Shown here: piece by piece, positions 38,430 through 52,200 of the stretch
Numbering within the stretch: position 1 is the first letter of the stretch
Layout of the letters: every line of letters starts with the position of its first letter
Assembly: GCF_003704095.1 (NCBI RefSeq)
Contig: NW_020845743.1
Coordinates: forward strand, 1 to 62,335
Reading direction: 5' to 3'
From: Pocillopora damicornis
Taxonomy: Eukaryota
DNA length: 62,335 nucleotides
Notes under the pieces: generated by a model
Told to the model about the DNA's origin: nothing
What the model saw: the letters and a program-made list of their open reading frames with translations, nothing else
Databases searched by the model: none
Made by a program: the position numbers and the translations under genes

Positions 38430-38662
38430 ATCCACATATACGATTTTTATATATTCACAGTCATTTATTCATCATTTTACAGGTTTATATGGAACCAACA
38501 TGATGACCAGCTCCCAGTTGGCTTGTTAGCTCAGTTGGTAGAGCACTGCACTGGTATCACAGTGGTCATGGGTTCAAATCCCATACAGGCCTGAATTTTT
38601 TCAGGCCTTATTTTCACTACTGCTCAAGTAGTGTTCATTATTGCAAAGATTGCTTTCATATA
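38430..38662 (+). mobile_element. tRNA-derived SINE-like repeat
   Basis: GGCTTGTTAGCTCAGTTGGTAGAGC (A-box) ... GGTTCAAATCCC (B-box) at about 38520-38592, followed by an AGGCCTGAA/TTCAGGCCT hairpin; the cloverleaf is imperfect. Confidence 0.65.
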
Positions 38663-38716
38663 CAGAAAATCCTCACATTATGTTTACAGGTTGTTATGAA
38701 TAGACTGCATACTCAC

Positions 38717-40372
38717 TGGAATAGAATCAGGGATGCCTGCTGTTTTCAGACTTGCGATAGTCTGGATAAAGCGAGGAAGATATTTGCTGAATGCTGACAG
38801 AGAAGATGTCAAGTTCTGTAAAATACAAGGAATTTAATTAGGAAATCAGAAGCATATAACATTGAGACATATGCTGGTATACCTCCGATGAAATAAAATA
38901 ATTATATTTCTAATGGGACTAATGAACATTTGGCAGGGTTGAAGCTGAGAAACTAGTCTGCTTCTTGAAATTGAAAGTGAGTCAGCTCAAGGCATTCAAA
39001 ATCCAACAGTTATAAGTGTATAACCTCAGAAGTACCAAATGTGGTTTACTAAGCAATCATCAGCCAAAAATTCAGGATGCAAAGATGGCCACTTTTTCAT
39101 CAGGTGATTTTTGCAGGCAGCTGAACTTCATGACAACCCTGATTTGAAATGAATTGTTTTATAGCAAGGCACAATAACTAATTCAATGACATTTAGCACA
39201 ATATCATGTTTATTATTATACTTTTAAGGACAAGTTTTTGATTCAACTGCATTGCCTCTAGCAACCAACTTCAAAACTTAACTAATAATGAAGATCTGAC
39301 AACAGTAAAGTGACATTACCTTGGCTTGTAAGACTCTCAACTTTGCAATAAGAATCTTTACACGTTCTTCCACTAACTCCAATAATGGCAAGTAATTCTG
39401 GAATTCTGATAATGGGATGATGAAAGAAAGTGCAGAAATGTTGATGCCATACTTGTCACAGCCTGAGAATATAAATGAATGACACACAATGCCATAATCC
39501 TTCACCACATATAGTTTTGTGTCCACCACATTTTCAGGTGCATCTCGTAAGAGTTCTCCATGGAGAGTTCGGCCGACCACATACTTGACACTTTTTTCCT
39601 GTTCAAAAAGGAAACCTTGTTAAAATGTAACTCTGAGTACCCACACCAAGCAACTAACACCATTTACAACACTTACCATAGCTGTAACCCTTCCAGTCTC
39701 AGGGGTGAAAAAATTATCAAGTGGGGGGGTATTGTTGAATTTTACAAAAATGTATCAGAACTTAACCCTTTCACTCACTCAAGTGACCCATAATAAATTT
39801 CTTCTTCCATAGTATCGACAAAATTTTTAGCAGGTAAGTGAGGAGAATAAAGAAAAAACTCAATTGGAGATTATTATTTCATCCAACACTAAACTCTTAG
39901 AGCTAGTATTATAAGAGATGTCTAGAATTCAGCTAGGAGGGTTACTAATGAGATCTTGGAAGTACAGGGTTAACTCCCAGGATTTATATCAATTATCCTA
40001 GCATTAATTCATGCAGCAAACAGGTACGAAAGACATTCGAACTGATCGGCTTGAGAAAGAAATCCTAGTAAAACACACACTTCTCTGCAAGACTTTTAAG
40101 GAAAAATGCAACCGTAAAATCGAATCACTAATGTCTAATTTTACCTGGGACTCTGTGTCTCCATTTCCTCTCCACACATGTTGAAGTCTTGGCCCCAAAA
40201 CATTATCCCAACAAGACAACACTACAGCAACAAATGGTCCGCTCTCTTTAAGTACGGACATGTGACTTGGGGAGAGATTCGAAAACCGGAAGATGTCATC
40301 GGCAGGGGTAGTCCAAAAACTGGAGCTGTCGTCGTCACTGAAAACCTCTTCCAGTTTTGATATACCAGCCAT
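38717..40372 (-). CDS. C9orf72: C9orf72 homologue (DENN-like), first three coding exons
   Basis: Exons 40372-40145 (LSCWDNVLGPRLQHVW), 39598-39320 (RTLHGELLRDA...VDTKLYVVKDYGIVCHSFIFSG...ALSFIIP) and 38815-38717 (...SLKTAGIPDSIP). The remainder is lost in gaps. Confidence 0.9.
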
Positions 40373-41295
40373 ACTTTACGCAAATAGCAGCTCTAGTAGA
40401 GCTAGATAGAATTTGCAATCATCCTTTCAACATTTCACTTTCACGAACAAAGAAGGGCATTTTGGTAGTCACTACCGCCATTTTAGAAATCAGCTGGTTC
40501 CCAGTTTGCACTCGCACCCAGTTCGCACGATCCTCGGGAAGTCCTCGGGAGCACGATTCAATTTCCGATTCGCCGATGTTGTCTTCGTGATGAATGCCTT
40601 GTGCTGTACCCAATACATTTGCGAAGAAGCCTAGTGTTTTCAGATCTTTTCACGTCTGGAAAGTAATCATGTAAACGAAACTAACAGATGTGATGCTATC
40701 ATATACTTTTGACCTCGGATTGGACTGGCTTGACAAGCGCGGTTTATTACTGTGGAAAAGCGCGTTCACTTTCACTTTTGGAACAAATATTTTAGCAGGT
40801 GCTGGGTACGATCATCATGTGAGCCAGTTGGAGTTTTTAGCTGAAAACTAGCATTTAATTTATGGATTTTTGAGTACGGGATGCCATTTTCATGGTCGTT
40901 TTGGTGATTTACTACTGAGCCACAGAAGAGTCTGTGGGAAGTCAGGCCATTACGAGGTTCACATGTGATACTTAGTCCTGTATACGACTAGGATTGAAAA
41001 TGTCAAAAGCGTACTTTGAGGAGGCAGAATAAAAGAGGTGAGAAATTTTGAGCTCGGTAATGAATTAACGAAGCAGATTGATCAAAGAGCTGTTCAATCA
41101 ATAGAGAGTTCGGTTAATTGAATTTCCCGCAATAATCATCGCAAATCAATGACGTCAGAACTAAATTACATCAATACCTTCTATGACATCATAATCACTT
41201 TTCGCTTTGGTTTCAGCGAGGAAGCAGGTTCATTTAGAGATGTGAGCTTGTATTTGTCAAATTCAGTACAAATATTCAAGTGAAAAGTTAAACAA

Positions 41296-41430
41296 ATGAC
41301 GAATAGGGTCCAACCCGTTGTTATAGAGGTGGGCGAAAGCTCTGAAGCGAGCGGACAGCGTGAAAAATGGACCTCCAAAGCTGACTTCATAGCGTCATGT
41401 ATTGGCTATGCGGTTGGCCTGGGGAATATA
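41296..41430 (+). CDS. SLC6 transporter first coding exon (copy A), truncated by a gap
   Basis: [45 protein letters not shown]. The YAVGLGN TM1 motif has Gly rather than Asp, i.e. amino-acid type, not monoamine type. Confidence 0.88.
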
Positions 41431-41530
41431 NNNNNNNNNNNNNNNNNNNNNNNNNNNNNNNNNNNNNNNNNNNNNNNNNNNNNNNNNNNNNNNNNNNNNN
41501 NNNNNNNNNNNNNNNNNNNNNNNNNNNNNN

Positions 41531-41591
41531 GTCCGCTCGCTTCAGAGTTTTCGCCCACCTCTATAACAACGGGTTGGACCTTATTCGTCAT
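41531..41591 (-). CDS. SLC6 transporter first coding exon (copy B), truncated by a gap
   Basis: [20 protein letters not shown]; upstream sequence aligns with that of copy A in inverted orientation. Confidence 0.8.
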
Positions 41592-42455
41592 TTTTTTAAC
41601 TTCTCACTTGAATTTTTGCACTAAATTTTACACATACAAGCTCAAATCTTTAAATGAATCTGCTTCCTTGCTGAAACCAAGGCGAGAAGTGATTATGATG
41701 TCATAGAAGGTAATGATGTAATTTAGTTCTGACGTCATTGATGCGGGAAATTGAGTGTAATTAACTAACGAATCGAACTTCCTTCCTATGAACAGCTTTG
41801 TGATGAATCTGCTCCTTTATGTCATTTCCCAGCTCAAAAATTTTCACCTGTTCAATTTTTTTTCACTCACATGACGCTTTCAAAGTTGTTAATTCTAGAA
41901 GTATGCAAGACACGTGTCAGATATGAAGCTCGTGATGGCCTGACTCACCGCAGACTTGCGCATAGCTCAGTGGTGGAGTATTGTAGCGCGGTAGCCGGCA
42001 TCGCTCAGAAAGAAATCCTCAAAATATCTCTCTCCAAGCGAACACTCTAACTGGTTCAAGTGATACTGAATCGTATCTGCCACAATTTGCCACTTGCTAA
42101 GCAGCAAACAATCTTACATGTATAAGCGCGCGCACTTTGGCTAAGTGTCGAACTGTGCATGTCACACCAGTTCAGTCGTCTTCTTTTCATTCTCGATCGG
42201 CACAAATATTTGCATGTGGAGCTAAAAATAGGCAGAAATCCGCCATTTAACAGCTTTACATTTGTTAATCTGGTAGTTATGGTCAATTGCCACTTACGAC
42301 GTGAAAAGACCGTGTTCGTCGACTGCAATATTTAAACGAAATTAGTAACTCTTCAAGCGAACAATTTCCATGATCTGGTTCGTAATCTACCAATGCATTA
42401 AATAATTTATTAATATATGTGTATAAAATAAGAAATTTCGGGACCAAATTAAAAT

Positions 42456-42572
42456 AATTTCATATTGAGTGCTTCTTTTTCATCTGTTTTTCATCTGTGA
42501 GAATTAATTCGTTTTCAACTACTAAAACGAATTAATTTTCACCGATGAAAAAGAAGCACTAAATATGAAATT
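42456..42572. repeat. Long imperfect palindrome (~50-bp arms)
   Basis: AATTTCATATTgAGTGCTTCTTTTTCATC..GTGAgAATTAATTCGTTTT, loop, AAAACGAATTAATTTTCAC.GATGAAAAAGAAGCACTAAATATGAAATT. Confidence 0.8.
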
Positions 42573-44245
42573 CTTTACAGCTTCCACGCTACCAAACAAA
42601 CTTTGAACATTTCCACGACTTTTATTATATAGATGTGTACATAAAGCTGCCTCTTGCACTACTAGATTACATTGGTATACAAGAATTCCCGAAGCCTGCT
42701 TCTAATTGTACGCGTTGGCATCTGGCACACTTGTTACTCACGTCATTAGAAAAAACAAATAAATACCGTGAAGCGCCAAAAGTCACAACCCTGCTTTTTT
42801 TTTTTAACTCAGCAGCCCTTAATCCGTCGTATTTTTTTTGGCTCTGAGGTTCCATACATCTTTTAACGAAAACTTCACCTTAGAGGGACTGTTTACGGTT
42901 AACAAAGTCTCACCGATGGGGAAAAATAAGCAGCTACAGCCGGTTTGATTAAATTCGGATAGTCTTTTTCAATTCGCGCGTAAAGTTATTCAGAGATCGA
43001 AGAAGCTTTCTATGTATAGCCATGACAACTTCTTGATGAAAGAAAAGAACTCAAAACGAAGGCACCTTGTAGGGAGTTATTTCCGCAGTTGAAAAAGGAG
43101 GTGGGAAAAAACTGGCCCGTAGGGCCGTGTCTTTCGGACCTTAACGATGCAATTGATTGTATTTAAAACAAGCTTCCTCTCTGCGCACGCGTACATTTCA
43201 ATGATTCGCAAGGCCATCTCTCACACTTCCCAAAAGTTTTTTTCACAGGAAACTTGCCATCCATATGGTGCTCACGTGGTAGGCAATGTACCACGTGGTT
43301 TAGGAAAGTAAGCGGACATAAGTGGAGGCTCGGTGCCAGTCCTCTGAGCTCCATTTGCAGTAGGATGAAGATACTTAGCGTCGAGAAAGGGTTCTGCGTT
43401 GTGCGTCAAACCGGTCAGCGGGCGGCTGAGAGGGGTGACACCCCCTGCAGGAGGCAGCACACCTGATGGTACATTGGGAGNNNNNNNNNNNNNNNNNNNN
43501 NNNNNNNNNNNNNNNNNNNNNNNNNNNNNNNNNNNNNNNNNNNNNNNNNNNNNNNNNNNNNNNNNNNNNNNNNNNNNNNNAATTAAATTCTACAAAAACT
43601 CTCGAAAGATGATCTCTGCTAAATAAGTTCTTTTTTTTGGTCTTTTTAAATCAATAACGAATTCTCACGATCTTCAAATAATCACACCATTTACCTTTTT
43701 TACATTAAATTTTTATTATACATCCAACTCCCTATTTCTTTTCTGATTGGCCGAAAGCGCACAGTAAATTTTTCGAAATTAAACCTGGGACGTCATCTTG
43801 TTGCAGATTATACAATAATTATGTCAAGGACACTCAAAGTCACGGGTAATCATGTCACGTATGACCGCAGTGCATGATTTTTAGGGGGTAATCATGTCAA
43901 GTTCGCGCGCTTTGTGTTCCTTTCTGATTTGCATATTTGTACACGTTTGGAAATTAATTATCAGTTCTACTTACTTTTTTTCATTCAGTGTATTATAAAA
44001 CAGTTATAAGATTCGGTTTTTGTGATATCCAGAAAAGTCAAGGTCTCAGTAAGGGTGATAACCTCTACATCGACCTTTTATTATTTTGGATATAAAAAAA
44101 AACTTTTCCAATAATTGTTTATAATCATGCTCATAATTAACAAATCGGACTCCTGCCTCGTAGTCGTCCGATTTTGTGATCACTTGTATAATTCCAGACC
44201 GAGTTGGACACCACTTGGTCCTATTACCATTATTAATTAACTTAC

Positions 44246-44800
44246 CTTAGTGACACAAGAGAGCCCGATAAGATATGAAATAACACAAAGACAGAAGAGG
44301 CATCGTCCCTTATAGTGACGAAGTTTGGTGAAGGTGTCCAACAACGCCCGAATCGTTGTCTCTGTAAACACAAACTGAATATTGAAAACGTTAATAAGTT
44401 TTGATTCCAACACTGTTTAGTGAATTCAGCTGTCAATGAGTTCCATAGCTAGTCAGAGGATAAGTGGGTCGGCCAGTCATACACTTATGGAGTCACTTAT
44501 TTGGTCAGTTTGAGTCAGTCAGTCAATCAGTCAGTGAGTCATTTGACCTGTCAATCAGTCACCAAGTCAGTTAGTCAATGAGTCAGTNNNNNNNNNNNNN
44601 NNNNNNNNNNNNNNNNNNNNNNNNNNNNNNNNNNNNNNNNNNNNNNNNNNNNNNNNNNNNNNNNNNNNNNNNNNNNNNNNNNNNNNNACGTCTGGTTTTA
44701 GGTAAAAGATGATCCCATCAAGTGCACCAGGCAGAGTGACACCACGCACCAATAAGATACACAACACAATGTAGGGGAAGATGGCCGTGAAATATGCCAC
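44246..44800 (-). CDS. SLC6 transporter internal exons (second copy)
   Basis: 44800-44688 encodes [37 protein letters not shown] (TM5); 44374-44246 encodes [44 protein letters not shown] gap separates them. Confidence 0.85.
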
Positions 44801-45024
44801 CTGTGAACAAGAGGGATCGAGATATTAACAAAAAGAAAAAATATCGTGACTGACCCTGGAATCAGTTCCTTTTAGTTAGAAAACCATTCTGGCTCATGAA
44901 ATGATGTTTACCACGCTTCTGTTTTCGCCTGTGGCTCCAAGATACCAAACTTAGACTTTTTGTAAAATAGGATTCCATCGATTGCGCCTGGCACAATGAT
45001 TTCTCATATCTTGTTCTATGCATC

Positions 45025-45091
45025 TTACTGGTCCGAGATAAGCTCATCGGAGAAAAGCAAGACGTATAGCACAAGATAAGGGAAGATGGTT
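45025..45091 (-). pseudogene. Degenerate SLC6 TM5 exon fragment
   Basis: Minus strand reads TIFPYLVLYVLLFSDELISDQ*, resembling [16 protein letters not shown] but diverging into a stop. Confidence 0.45.
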
Positions 45092-46232
45092 NNNNNNNNN
45101 NNNNNNNNNNNNNNNNNNNNNNNNNNNNNNNNNNNNNNNNNNNNNNNNNNNNNNNNNNNNNNNNNNNNNNNNNNNNNNNNNNNNNNNNNNNNNNNNNNNN
45201 NNNNNNNNNNNNNNNNNNNNNNNNNNNNNNNNNNNNNNNNNNNNNNNNNNNNNNNNNNNNNNNNNNNNNNNNNNNNNNNNNNNNNNNNNNNNNNNNNNNN
45301 NNNNNNNNNNNNNNNNNNNNNNNNNNNNNNNNNNNNNNNNNNNNNNNNNNNNNNNNNNNNNNNNNNNNNAAAGACCGTAAGTCGTAAAATTAAACAATTT
45401 CATTCATAAGGTGATTATTTTTTGTTTGCGAAGAAACTTATTTATCCACAGATAGTAAGAATATGCTCTTTAGGTACTGATGTCACCACTATTCAAAATT
45501 TTTTTTCATCTTTTCGTTTGGCCAAGAGCTAACGACGTGACTTGAACATGTCTGTGTAATGGTCTGCTCATGCGTAACACTGACTGGCTCTTTTTGTCTT
45601 TGATGACATTCTACGCATGCGTAGTTGTGTAGTTGTGTCCATGCTCTTTTGTGTGAAATGATTTACCTCAAATTTACTCGCAATTTTTTTCCAAATCTTG
45701 TGCAAAATTGTTAAAGTTAAGCAATCGCAATTTCTTGAAGGCAAATTAAATCGGTGTTAATTTAAGACTGCCAAGGCAACCTATCAGTAATGCACTGCGC
45801 TGCAAATAACTGGGTTTGTTCAAATTAGTAAGATTAGCGAATCTTTAAAAACTAAAACTTACTCCCAGAACTCCTGGCTGGGGGAGACTGCGGTCATTGA
45901 GCAATTGAGAGTCGTGCAGTTAGCAGTGAAATTTCTGAAGTCCTCACTAAACAAAAGAATATTACGAAGCTGTTACAACTGAGGTCATTATTGTTAAAAA
46001 TGACATGTTCTCAAGGGTCCAGATCTTACTAAGTAGAGATTGGCGTCATTTTTCTCACGAAAAAAAAATATATTAACATAAAAACTGTTTGCTGATTGAT
46101 ATGTTGAGTAAACATCGTCTTTTTCCAACCAANNNNNNNNNNNNNNNNNNNNNNNNNNNNNNNNNNNNNNNNNNNNNNNNNNNNNNNNNNNNNNNNNNNN
46201 NNNNNNNNNNNNNNNNNNNNNNNNNNNNNNNN

Positions 46233-49200
46233 CTAGAGGCGGTCCTCGTGTGGACACAGGTTTCGTGTGCATTTCAAAAGGCCCCAGCCGTTGCTGGGAC
46301 ATCATCTGGTCATTCATTTGCTTGTTCAGCCAATTGATAACTACAATGTTACACAAAGCAAACAATCATTTTGACACTCTAAAAACGACACTACATGTAT
46401 CTTGGCATACAAATAGTACCAGGTCAACAGGGCAGTGATGGATGGGCACCCTGTGTTCCTCCTGCAAAGGTATCCCCATATGCAAAAAATGAAATAATTT
46501 AAGAGACTGGTAGAAACTGGTCTTAACGTTTTCACTCCCAGATCTCAAGAGTTATTCTCCTTACTGTCTGCCATACAGTTCTCATGATGTTAGTTTGGAG
46601 AATTCAGTATTGAATCAACTTATAATTACCTAATTGACATTATCTCTTTATTCTTAATACTTGTCTTCTTGACATTGTATTGATACTGTAAGGAGAAATT
46701 CTGTCTTGGTCACTCTTTGGAGTAAAAGAGTTAAGAGAGTTGAGAGAAAGTAAATGTGTAATTGTGGTTGGGATGCAAAAATGCTGGGTCAAGACTCCTT
46801 GTCCTTCACTCAGCCCAATCTCTCCTTACCCAAAGCCAACTCAATAACTGGAAAATAAGATAAGGCAGGATCAAAGGCATTCATAAAATGACTTCAATCT
46901 CAGCCAAAGAGTTCTTGTTTCTTCATTTTGTTGTCAAATTTTAAGATCTTCTAAGGCATCCTCACCATTTTCATTAGTCTTCAGCAGTTGTTTACTTTCT
47001 TCAAGCTTGGCTGTGGTTGTCTCCAATGACTCACTCAGCTTCTTTAGCTATACATTCAAGGAAAGAACAACACCTTCATAATTATCACTGAAATCTCGAG
47101 CCATGACACTTTGATGAAGGTGATTTAATTATAACATTAAAGGAAACAAAAGATTCTAAAGCTTTCAGTAAAACAGTATTAGAGCAAAATCAGGGTGTGA
47201 TAGAATAAAAACACAAAATATATCGGGGGTGGGGAGGATGTTTCCCAAAAAACTTAACTCTGTTGATAAAGGGCCTAGCATTGGCTAAGTTCCAATCACT
47301 TCTAAGCTTACCTCTTCCTCTTTATTCTTCAAGGCGGTTTCCAAGCTGGATTTTTCCTGTCTGTGTTTTTCAAAAGCTGTTTCCTAAATAGACAAGATCA
47401 AATTGTCAAAAAGTCAAATGTTGAAGTCTCACAAGGCCATGTGACAAAGAGGCTGCCAGGGTTAAGTTAACCCTTTACACCCTAACATCAGTATTCATAT
47501 TCTCCATACGGTCTCTATACATTTCCTGAAGTGCTGACAAGGTGAATTTGTTTAAAGATCAAGAGCTTTAAAAGTTGGTGATCATTTCCTTGATTCTCAT
47601 GACCTTAATGTTTGATTCAGGGGTGATATTGTGAGGAGAAATTAGAAGCTGGTCAATCTTAAGGGTTAAAGGGTTAAGGACCTAATGGTACTTTCAAATT
47701 AGTGCAGGAGATGCAAACCAGGTGGGACTTAACCAGTGCTAAAAAAGCAGTGAAATGAAATGAAATGATGTGAAATAAAATTAGATAATACAAAATGAAA
47801 TGACAAGACATTGAATATTGTGAAACGAAGGAAATGAAATGATTTAAGTAAAATGATATAAAACAAAATGCTTTGTTAGTGCAATGTTGAAGTCATGAAA
47901 TGATATGAAATGAAATAATGTGAAATGAAATGAATGATACAATATGAAATGAAATAATAGGATTTGAAATGAAACAGTTGTACAGTCCAAACCCTATGGA
48001 CCATGTACAGTAATGACCTCAAAAGGTTACACACTCATGAATAAAGGGGGTAAATTTCTAAAGAAACTGTGGTGCTGCATCAGGGGGAGAGTATAACAAG
48101 GTAATCTAGTACTATCAACTGAACTGATAACATAAAGAGTTTCAAAACTGACATTTTGAGAGTTAGCCCTACATCAGGATGAAGGGCTGACACCTGAGAC
48201 ATCAGCTTTGAAACTCTTTATGGTGGCCAATTTACATTGTTAACTCAGCTAATACTAAATTACTCAGGTTACACACTATTGAGCTATTACCTTTTCTTCA
48301 AGGAGCTTTTCTTGTTTAGTCATCACCACACTCTTCAGCTTCATCTAAAACAGAAAAATTACAGAGTATGGCAAAATAATTTTCCTTCTATTATTTGACG
48401 CATTGCATCTACCCACTGCACTGTTCAATTAATCCATAAAGAGACAAGGAGAAGGAGAGAGCTAGGATAGTTTAATATCAGATAAATCTTAAAGATTTGG
48501 CCTTCTCTATGAGGAAGGAACTCTGGTTCTGTAAATTAAGCCACTACAAAAAGCTTAAAACTGAAGAAAAGAGGCATCAGCATAAACTTCGTACATGTAC
48601 CTTAGACTTGTAGGTCCGTAATTCTGATTGTAACCTTTGTATTATCTCATTTCCCTGAAAGTAAGTCAATAAAACCATTTAGAAACAAGGCAATACAAAA
48701 TATTTGTGACTTCATGTACAAATAGCAATGGATGATATGAATATCTAGAAGCTAGCCAAGTCTGTTACCCCATGAAAATTAGGAAAAACAACTCGCTATG
48801 ACCACCTGAGTCTCTCTAGCAAGAGGTAGAAATGGTCACTGACAAAATGCCAAGGAAATCTAATGAAATACTAGGCTGGCAGGAGGAATTTTAAAGCTCC
48901 TTGTTACATATTTTTAAAGCAACCATACTGACAGATCATGGCCATATGACCCATTAGTGCAGAATTTTCATAACAGTAATCATGGCATTTAGAAAGTAAT
49001 GTGCTTTCTTGAATAAAAATCAGGACCATCCATGACCCAATAACTGTACCTTGATCACATCGGCTGTTACTGATGTCATATTGGCTTCCATTTTATTGAT
49101 CTGCTCCTGTTTTTCTTCCAATATCTTCTCTTGCTTTCTACGTTGTTCATTGGAATTCTCCAACAGTTCATTGGTTCGTGCTATGACCTGGAACATAATT

Positions 49201-52200
49201 AATTAAACAACAGCAATGTACTGCAGTTGGCAAAGTGGAGGAAAGAATGTTATTAAATTATTTCAATTGAAAATTCCTTTACTCCTCAAAACTTTTGCCA
49301 TCCACCACACTTCTTCCTTGCTAGCTTAGCAGAAGTAATCAATTTGTAAACATTGCAATAACCACAAACTGTCTCTCAAACATACATAGACTAAAACTGT
49401 GAAGTTCTACAAATTGAGTTATACTCTTTGAATTCCTCTCTATGCATCCTTTCCAATTCCTAATTTTTTTTTTTTTTAATTGACAAGGTCAAATGATCCA
49501 TTCAAGTACACGTGTCTGGGGTTAAAATCTTGACCTACACTATAGCTACCTGTTCCTTGTCCCTTAATTCCTGTTCCAACACAGCCACTCTAGTCTGCAG
49601 TTGGCTGAGTGTTTTACTGTGTTCATGTCTTTCTGAATCCAGTGAGCCATTTTCACGGCGAAGTTTATGAAGTTCTTGCTTGGTAAATTTGCATTCCTGG
49701 AAACAGACATTCAAACAGTAATACATGAACACTGTACTATAAACCCCATCAACATTTTAAACCGTAATCTTAAGAGAGACATTCATTTGATTTCTTCTAT
49801 CAGAGTCACCTCTGAACCAAACATTAAGGTCACAATAATAATAAAAGGAAATGATTGCTAACAACAGAAGTACTTGATTGTCAGACAAATTCTAAATTCT
49901 TCTAATACTATACCACAAGAAAAGTGTCAAGGAAAGTGTGGAGAATATACATACTGATGTCAGGGTGTAAAGGTTATTGCTCAAAGTAAGACATTGTTGA
50001 CATCACAATGAACCTTACATTACCTCATCCAGTGTTGCTAGTTTGGACTTGAGGTCTCTGATGCAAGAATCCGCTTGGTACTTTTTCTGATTCAGGTCCT
50101 GTGAAAAATTTGTAAAGAACAGTCTATATCTATGTGTACATGGTAGTGCACCATCTCTGCAACTTTTGTTTAGTGATTGCCCCATCGACTGGAATCATTT
50201 TCAGGTGGCTGCATCTAAACTTTAATGGCTGATAATTTGATTTAAGTTTAGCCATTGTTTAACAAAACGATATCCTGAATAATACTAAATTTAGCTGACC
50301 CTTCTATCTGAACATATATTTTTTTATACAGTGCCAAGAAGGCTGTCAGAAAGCTAACAATGTAAGGACATTTATTTAATAAATCAACCCTTTTATAGAG
50401 AGAGCCTAGGCTCACTGATTGCCTAAAACTGTGGTCTGGATTAGACCTCATGTAAATAACCAGCCCTAAATGGTTGACTTTTCAGCAATTTTTGAATGAG
50501 TAAAACTAGTCAACCCTTTCACTACCAAGATCTCATTAACAATTCTCCTTGCTGTCTTGAATACAATTCTTATAATGTTAGTCTGCAGAATTTGTTATTG
50601 GATAAACTAATAATCCCCTGAGCAATTTTTTCCCAAACCTCATCACTTGTCTGCTAATATTGCATAGATATTGTGAGGAGAAATTCTGTCTTGGTCACTC
50701 ATGGGAATTAAAAAAAAGTATATATTAAATCTTAAAATTCATTTGGGAAGTAATTACTTTGTTGGAGTTTTCAACATCCTTGAGCCTGACCTCTAATCTC
50801 ACTGTCTATAACAAGGAAAACAATGAGAAAGCATGTCATTATACCAAAGTAAAAAGATGATTTTAAGTCAGTGAGAGAAGCACCCTAAAAAAAAGTTGAA
50901 GCTCTTCCATGAAGAGCTGAACATTAATTTAGTTATATGAGTGCCTTTCATTTATCACATGTAAATCTAGCCATGATAATAATGTGAAAATAACATTGAA
51001 CGTAATTACACTGTATCATCCGTCAAAAAATGTTACTGATCACTTTGCCAACAAACCAATTTGCCAACACCTCTGGTCAACTTGTTGCAAACTTGTCACA
51101 AACTCGCAGACACTAACTTTTGTTATTTAATTTGTTACCAAAGACCAAAGACCAAAGACAACTGTCAAAGTTGATCTAAGGTGTTGGCAAAATGACTAAT
51201 GACGTCACTGAGTTGGTTGTCAGTGAGATGACATTTCATCGAGGTGATGGGGTTAGGCGTCAAAACTATAAAAATTGCATGTGCATGCATATGGTAAGGA
51301 CATAACTTGATGTTAATTCCTGAAGTACAAGCAAACAGCAAATATGCTCACCTGTGCTTGGTGATTCTGGTCCAGTTCTCTCTTTTCTCTCTCAAAACTC
51401 TGTTGTTTTTCAGTGGCCAACTAAATTAAACAGACAGCAAATCTACGTAAAGTAGCACTACATGTAGGTGTTGACATCATTTAAAAAAGAACAAAACATC
51501 ATTTGGGTTTTGTATAGACTTAAAAGAACAGCGAAAATACTTTTGAGAAAAATTAATGATTTAACAAATGGTGCAATAATTTGGTTCTGAGAGAATTCTT
51601 CTACCTGAAGTGCTTTTTCCCTTTCTGCTGCCAGTTCCTGTGCATGCTTGTTTTCCAACTGAGATGACCTGGTAGAGCACTCTGATTGAACTGAGCTCAA
51701 CTCTCTTGTTTTGATTGCTAACACCTGCAACATACAAATAAATAATATTGGATCATGTGTGCTACATGAGTAGTGTCTGTCAGTGTATGGGACAAATACA
51801 ACAAATGTATCGATAAATCAACCTACACTGTATACAGTGTAGTCAAACAAGAGCCAAGAGCTGATCAAGGGTCAGTTAGTAATCAGCTGATAGTGATCCA
51901 ATAATTGGCCAATGGTCTTCCAATATTTGCCCTACAGTTAGCCAAGGTTGTGCCCATGAACACTGGGACATGGGTATGGAGATCCTGGCCAACTGTCAGT
52001 CAGGATTTTAACAGTAACGGTATCATATAATCTGCACAGCTTCAGTTATAAGACAAAGAAAAATAAAACTACAACAAGGTTGAAGTCTACATTTATGGCT
52101 ACATAACAAAACAGTATTACCAGTAACTAAATTACATGAGTACCTCTTGGCAGGTGCTAAGTTTTTGTTGAAGATCAGCCTCTGTACTGGCAAGACGCCT

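Noticed and set aside
38520-38592. Functional tRNA gene
   Set aside because: A/B boxes are present but the stems are mismatched and it is embedded in a longer repeat-like context; better explained as a tRNA-derived SINE.
41296-41706. Real inverted repeat or single ORF across the gap
   Set aside because: Two separately assembled SLC6 copies meet at a 100-N gap, so their relative orientation is unsupported.
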